A DNA stretch of 64,000 nucleotides, from assembly GCA_963834795.1 (NCBI GenBank), contig CAWIDL010000032.1:34979-98978 (forward strand). The letters are read 5' to 3'. Position numbers and translations under genes: made by a program. Numbering within the stretch: the stretch's first letter is position 1; every line of letters starts with the position of its first letter. Source of the DNA: an uncultured delta proteobacterium (GTDB lineage: Bacteria > Desulfobacterota > Desulfobaccia > Desulfobaccales > 0-14-0-80-60-11). The notes under the pieces were generated by a model, which was not told the DNA's origin, ran no database searches, and saw only the letters and a program-made list of their open reading frames with translations. Below, in pieces: positions 59,575-64,000 of the stretch.

Positions 59575-60761
59575 ATGGACACGGATAAACTAAATATCTC
59601 AATTATTTACGCGGACGGCCTTCCCTTCGCCCCTCTTTCGGATTTGCTGAATAATCTTCCTCTGGTGGAGGCCACCGAGCAATTCCACGATGTGACGGCA
59701 TTCCTGAGGAAGGGCCCGGAGACCCCGCCGGACTCGGTGGTGGTCTACCTTAACGGCCTTACCACCCCGCCCCAGTGGATCGAGGCCCTGTGCCGCAAGT
59801 TTCCCCAGGTCCCGGTAATGGCCTGTCCCGAGAGATTGGAACCGGACTTTCTGATGCGCGCCATGCAGTTGGGGGTCCGGGAGTTTCTGCCTTGCCCCTG
59901 ACCCGGGAGGTGCTGGAAGGGGCGCTGCAGCGGGTGCAGCTCTCCAAGCAGCGCCAGGCCACCGGTCACGCCCAGGGCGCCGTAGTGGCGGTTACCGGAC
60001 ATAAGGGCGGCAGCGGCACCACCACCATAGCCATCAATCTGGCGGTGGCCCTGGAGGAGCTAAGCGCGGAGCGCTACGCCCTGGTGGATCTGGGCCGCCC
60101 TTTCCCCGATATCGGCAATTTCCTGGACCGTGACAGCACCTACGACCTGGTCGATGTAATCCACAATCTCGATTCCCTGGACCAGTCATTCTTCCAGAGG
60201 ATCATGCAACCTTACGGGAATAATCTGGATATCCTCCATGGCATCTCGGACTTTAAGGAGCAAGATAGCCTGGACCTGGAAGGCGTGGGGAAGATCTTCA
60301 GCATTCTGCGCGGGCTCTACCAGCATATCGTGGTGGACCTGGGCCATTTATTTGATGAATTGTTTTTCCGGGTGTTTCAGGAGGCCGACCTGGTACTGAT
60401 GCTGACCGAGCTCAATGTCCCCAATATCCGCAACCTGAGGAAACTTTGGCCCACGCTCAAGGACTGGGACCAGGGTCGGAAAAAACTCAAAGTGGTGGTT
60501 AACCGTTATGACAAGGGCAATGACCTGGGAATGCGGGAACTGGAAATGATCATAGGTGAACCGCCCCTGGCCATCCTCGCCCGCGATTACCAGCCATTGA
60601 TCGAGGCAATCAACAAGGGAGTGCCACTGGCGAAGGTGGGACCCCGTTCCAAGCTCTATCTGGGATTAAAGGAGGTGGCCCAAAAGATCATCCGCCTCCA
60701 CGGAGGAGAAGTGAAAGGCGCCGATGGCGCGGCAGCGCGTCGGCGTTTCTGGATATTTTAG
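59575..60761 (+). pseudogene. cpaE: CpaE/TadZ (receiver-like + MinD/ParA ATPase), frameshifted near 59890
   Basis: LMRAMQLGVREFLP (frame 1, stops 59901) continues as LPLTREVL...KGGSGTTTIAINLA...VVNRY (frame 2); one C missing. Confidence 0.85.
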
Positions 60762-60792
60762 TTATTTGGCACCTGCATAAGAGGATAGAAAA

Positions 60793-62181
60793 ATGGCACT
60801 GATGAAAATTCGCCCGGCGGCTTTCCAGGAACTGGCTCTGCTGGGAGTCAAGCCCAGAACCGGCGTAGTGAGCAGTGGGGACCCGGGGCGGGAAGTCCGC
60901 CTCTATGCGGTGAAGAGCCGGATACACCATCGCCTGCTGGAAAGGCTCGATTTTGCCCAATTGGAGACCCTGGAACAGGCCAAGATGGCCCAGGAGATTC
61001 GCCAGGTATTGAACCAGCTCTTGGAAGATGAGACCGAGCCCCTGAACCTGGGTGAAAAGGCCCGCCTGGTAGAGGAATTGGAATTTGAGATCCTGGGGCT
61101 CGGACCCCTGGAGCCCTTGCTGAAGGATTCCACCATCTCGGACATCCTGGTCAACCGGTATGATCAGGTATACATCGAAAGGCGCGGGCAGCTGGAGCTC
61201 ACCGCTGTGCGGTTCCAGGACAATGAGCATTTACTGAAAATTATCAACAAGATAGTCTCAAACGTGGGGCGCCGCATCGATGAGTCCACCCCCATGGTGG
61301 ATGCCAGGCTTCCCGATGGCTCCCGGGTCAATGCCATCATCCCCCCCCTGGCCCTGGACGGCCCCATACTGTCCATTCGGCGCTTTGCGGTCCAACGCCC
61401 CAAGTTGGAGGATTTGCTGGAAAAAGGTAGCCTCTCCCCGGAAATCGGCGAAGTGATCAAAGCCCTTGCGGTGGCCAAACTGAACATCCTCATCTCCGGG
61501 GGCACGGGGGCCGGCAAAACTACCCTGCTCAACATCCTCTCCGGCTATATCCCGTCCTCTGAGCGCATCCTTACCATCGAGGATTCCGCTGAGCTGCAAC
61601 TGCAGCAGGAACATGTCTGCCGCCTGGAGACCCGGCCGCCCAACGTGGAAGGCAAGGGAGAGATAACCCAGCGGGACCTGGTGCGCAATGCCCTGCGGAT
61701 GAGGCCGGACCGGATCATCGTTGATGAGGTGCGCGGCGCTGAAGTGATCGACATGTTTCAGGCCATGAACACCGGCCATGAGGGCTCCATGACCACCATC
61801 CACGCCAACACCTCCCGGGACGCCCTGCTGCGTATGGAAACCATGATTTCCCTCTGCGGCATCAACATCCAGGAGAAGGCCATGCGGCAGATGATCTCCT
61901 CGTCCTTGAACGTCGTCATCCAACTGGCGCGCCACAGCGACGGGGTTCGCCGGCTGGTGAGCCTCTCTGAGATTACCGGAATGGAGAGCGGCATGATCAG
62001 CATGCAGGATATCTTTGTCTTCGAAAGGCACGGTATGGACCATGAGGGCAGGATCCTGGGAAGATTTGGGCCCACCGGGGTGATGCCCCACTTTGCCGCG
62101 CGCTGCCGGCTCTTTGGGGCGCCGCTGCCAGATATATTCGAGCCCCTGTCGGACCTGGAACATCCGCTTATTAACTGCTAA
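60793..62181 (+). CDS. cpaF: CpaF/TadA pilus assembly ATPase
   Basis: [46 protein letters not shown](V-D)[19 protein letters not shown]. Confidence 0.95.
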   Translation: MALMKIRPAAFQELALLGVKPRTGVVSSGDPGREVRLYAVKSRIHHRLLERLDFAQLETLEQAKMAQEIRQVLNQLLEDETEPLNLGEKARLVEELEFEILGLGPLEPLLKDSTISDILVNRYDQVYIERRGQLELTAVRFQDNEHLLKIINKIVSNVGRRIDESTPMVDARLPDGSRVNAIIPPLALDGPILSIRRFAVQRPKLEDLLEKGSLSPEIGEVIKALAVAKLNILISGGTGAGKTTLLNILSGYIPSSERILTIEDSAELQLQQEHVCRLETRPPNVEGKGEITQRDLVRNALRMRPDRIIVDEVRGAEVIDMFQAMNTGHEGSMTTIHANTSRDALLRMETMISLCGINIQEKAMRQMISSSLNVVIQLARHSDGVRRLVSLSEITGMESGMISMQDIFVFERHGMDHEGRILGRFGPTGVMPHFAARCRLFGAPLPDIFEPLSDLEHPLINC

Positions 62182-62199
62182 GGAGGAGAGGTTACCCCT

Positions 62200-63201
62200 A
62201 TGGAAGCCCTGATCAATTATTTGACCGCTTCTCCGGAGACTCAGTATTTCTTCGTTATGTCCAGCGTCTTAGCGGGATTGGCCTTATTTCTATCCGGGTT
62301 TTATTTCTCCTTCGTGCGGCCTATGGGCCACCATAAGATGAACCAACGGTTCTTGGGAAATAGCGGGAAAAGACTGGTTGACGCCCGCCTCTTCAAGCCC
62401 CAGGACGAGTCGCCGGCAAGCCCGCTCTTGTTTATGTTAAAAGCTGTGCTGGGCTGGGCCAAGGTGGAAAACTTGCAGCGCACCTTATACCAGGCCGACA
62501 TCTTTTGCCCTCCCGAGGCCTTCCTCAGTGTGGCGGGAATCCTGGCCTGTGCGGGTTACCTGGCCGGGTCCCTCTTCGAGGCGTTTTATTGGCGGATCGT
62601 CCTCGCCGTGGCCCTGGGGACGGCGCCATACCTCTACCTGCGGATCAAAAGGAACCGTAAGGCCGCCCGCCTGGAGAGGCAGATGCCGGGAGGCATGGAC
62701 CTGCTATCCCGCTCTCTGCGGGCCGGCCACACCCTCCAGTCTGCCATGGAAATGGCGAGCGCTGAGATTGGCTCTCCTCTGGGAGTGGAAATGAAGATCG
62801 CCTTCGAGGAGCAACGCCTGGGGCTTGGTCTGAATAAAGCCTTGCACCGTATGGCTGATCGGGTGGCCAGCCAGGACCTGCGGTTTTTTGTTACCGCCGT
62901 CTCGATCCAAAGCGAGACCGGGGGCAACCTGGCGGAGATCATGGAGAACATCGGCAAACTTATCCGGGCCCGCTTGCAGTTAAAGGGGAAGATCCAGGGC
63001 CTCACCGCCGAGGGACGTTTTTCCGCCCTGATTTTGGCGATGCTTCCCGTGGGCATCTTCCTGACCCTCTATTTTGTCAACCCGGATTACATCATGCTGC
63101 TGCTGACCGATTCCCAGGGTCACCGGTTGCTGATGGGCGGGATCTTGAGCATGGGCATAGGAATCCTCTGGATGAGTAAAATTATTAAAATCAAGGTGTA
63201 A
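62200..63201 (+). CDS. tadB: TadB (T2SSF-domain) inner membrane protein
   Basis: DLLSRSLRAGH, EQRLGL, FFVTAVSIQSETGGNLAE, LTAEGRFSA. Confidence 0.93.
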   Translation: MEALINYLTASPETQYFFVMSSVLAGLALFLSGFYFSFVRPMGHHKMNQRFLGNSGKRLVDARLFKPQDESPASPLLFMLKAVLGWAKVENLQRTLYQADIFCPPEAFLSVAGILACAGYLAGSLFEAFYWRIVLAVALGTAPYLYLRIKRNRKAARLERQMPGGMDLLSRSLRAGHTLQSAMEMASAEIGSPLGVEMKIAFEEQRLGLGLNKALHRMADRVASQDLRFFVTAVSIQSETGGNLAEIMENIGKLIRARLQLKGKIQGLTAEGRFSALILAMLPVGIFLTLYFVNPDYIMLLLTDSQGHRLLMGGILSMGIGILWMSKIIKIKV

Positions 63202-63215
63202 TAGCGGGAAAGACC

Positions 63216-64000
63216 ATGAGTCAACAGATCTATCCATATGTGATGATGGGTATCACCTTCATCAGCTTCGCCCTGCTCACTTACGGACTGGCTACCTATA
63301 ATTACCAACGCCGGACCATGAGGGAGCGATATCGCAGCACCGACGGGAAGGACTTCCCGCACCTCCGGGGAAGAACCGCCGCCGCTCTTTCCTTTAAAAA
63401 GCGCTTCCTGGATTGGCTGTCCAATCTCGGGAAGTTGACCTTGAAGGACAAAACCCAGGGGACCGAACTCAAGACCACCCTTTATCAAGCCGGGTTCCGT
63501 CATCCCAATGCCTCGGCCATCTATTTCGGCCTGCGCACCCTCTGCGCCTTCCTCCTGCCCCTGCCCTTCATGTTTCTCAATATCTGGCGCGGGCAGGCCG
63601 TCGGCGCCAGCTTGATGCTTGGCTGCCTCCTGGCTGGGGCCGGCTATTTTCTGCCTAACTATATTCTCCGGGTTTCGTTGCGCCGGCGGCAAGATCGCCT
63701 AGACCGGGCCTTACCGGATGTCCTGGACTTGATGATCGTCTCCATGGAAGCGGGGTTGGCTTTGCAGGCCACCCTGGTGCGGGTGGCCGACGAGGTCAGG
63801 GGCATATCCAAGGACCTCTATAAGGAACTGCAATTCACCAATGCCGAGCTGCGCACCGGCAGCTCCCGGGAAACGGCCTTAAAAAACCTGGCGGAGCGCA
63901 CCGGGGTGCAGAGCATCAAGTCTTTGGTGAGCCTGATGTTGCAATCGGGGAAGATGGGGACCAGCATTGCCGAAGCCCTGCGTACCCATGCCGATTTCAT
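63216..64000 (+). CDS. tadC: TadC (T2SSF-domain) protein, runs off the window end
   Basis: Manual translation: QAGFRHP, ALPDVLDLMIVSMEAGL, GTSIAEALRTHAD; open to 64000. Confidence 0.9.
   Translation, partial: MSQQIYPYVMMGITFISFALLTYGLATYNYQRRTMRERYRSTDGKDFPHLRGRTAAALSFKKRFLDWLSNLGKLTLKDKTQGTELKTTLYQAGFRHPNASAIYFGLRTLCAFLLPLPFMFLNIWRGQAVGASLMLGCLLAGAGYFLPNYILRVSLRRRQDRLDRALPDVLDLMIVSMEAGLALQATLVRVADEVRGISKDLYKELQFTNAELRTGSSRETALKNLAERTGVQSIKSLVSLMLQSGKMGTSIAEALRTHADF

Noticed and set aside
48743-59901. Selenocysteine or stop readthrough at the TGA codons of priA, cpaB and cpaE
   Set aside because: In each case homology continues in a different frame, so these are frameshifts.

Overview
GC-rich chromosomal window from an anaerobe. 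Gene content and order suggest Desulfobacterota (Deltaproteobacteria; Syntrophobacteria/Desulfobaccia-like), which is an inference. In order: Usp, aldehyde dehydrogenase and iron-sulfur flavoprotein; a MacAB-OMF efflux operon; rpmE-DUF1385-DUF72; a lone hyaluronan-synthase/NodC-like GT2; feoB; a yceD-rpmF-acyl-CoA dehydrogenase-etfB-etfA(ferredoxin)-fabG-acpP-rpiB-glyA-nrdR block interrupted by an AT-rich PD-(D/E)XK gene and an LmtA-like methyltransferase; a cobalamin-riboswitch-controlled 38-aa peptide plus radical SAM/SPASM maturase (CbpA/CbpB-like); an AT-rich RelA/SpoT-domain gene; hisS-aspS-Re-citrate synthase-split methylmalonyl-CoA mutase; a small Cys protein, radical SAM and 1390-aa CoA-activase fusion; a truncated RAYT between 34-bp inverted REPs; a DJ-1 pseudogene; scpB; priA broken at a G9 run; tRNA-Arg(ACG); trpB2; a FIST hybrid kinase and sigma54 regulator; and a Tad/Flp locus with two decayed pilin copies and frameshifted cpaB and cpaE. 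Most intergenic spaces carry 7-bp-periodic hairpin arrays or REP-like palindromes of several families. The best candidates for under-described biology are the B12-sensing peptide/rSAM unit (with a palindrome inserted in its riboswitch leader) and the heptamer-hairpin element families. All family assignments come from motif recognition and recall, not database searches.
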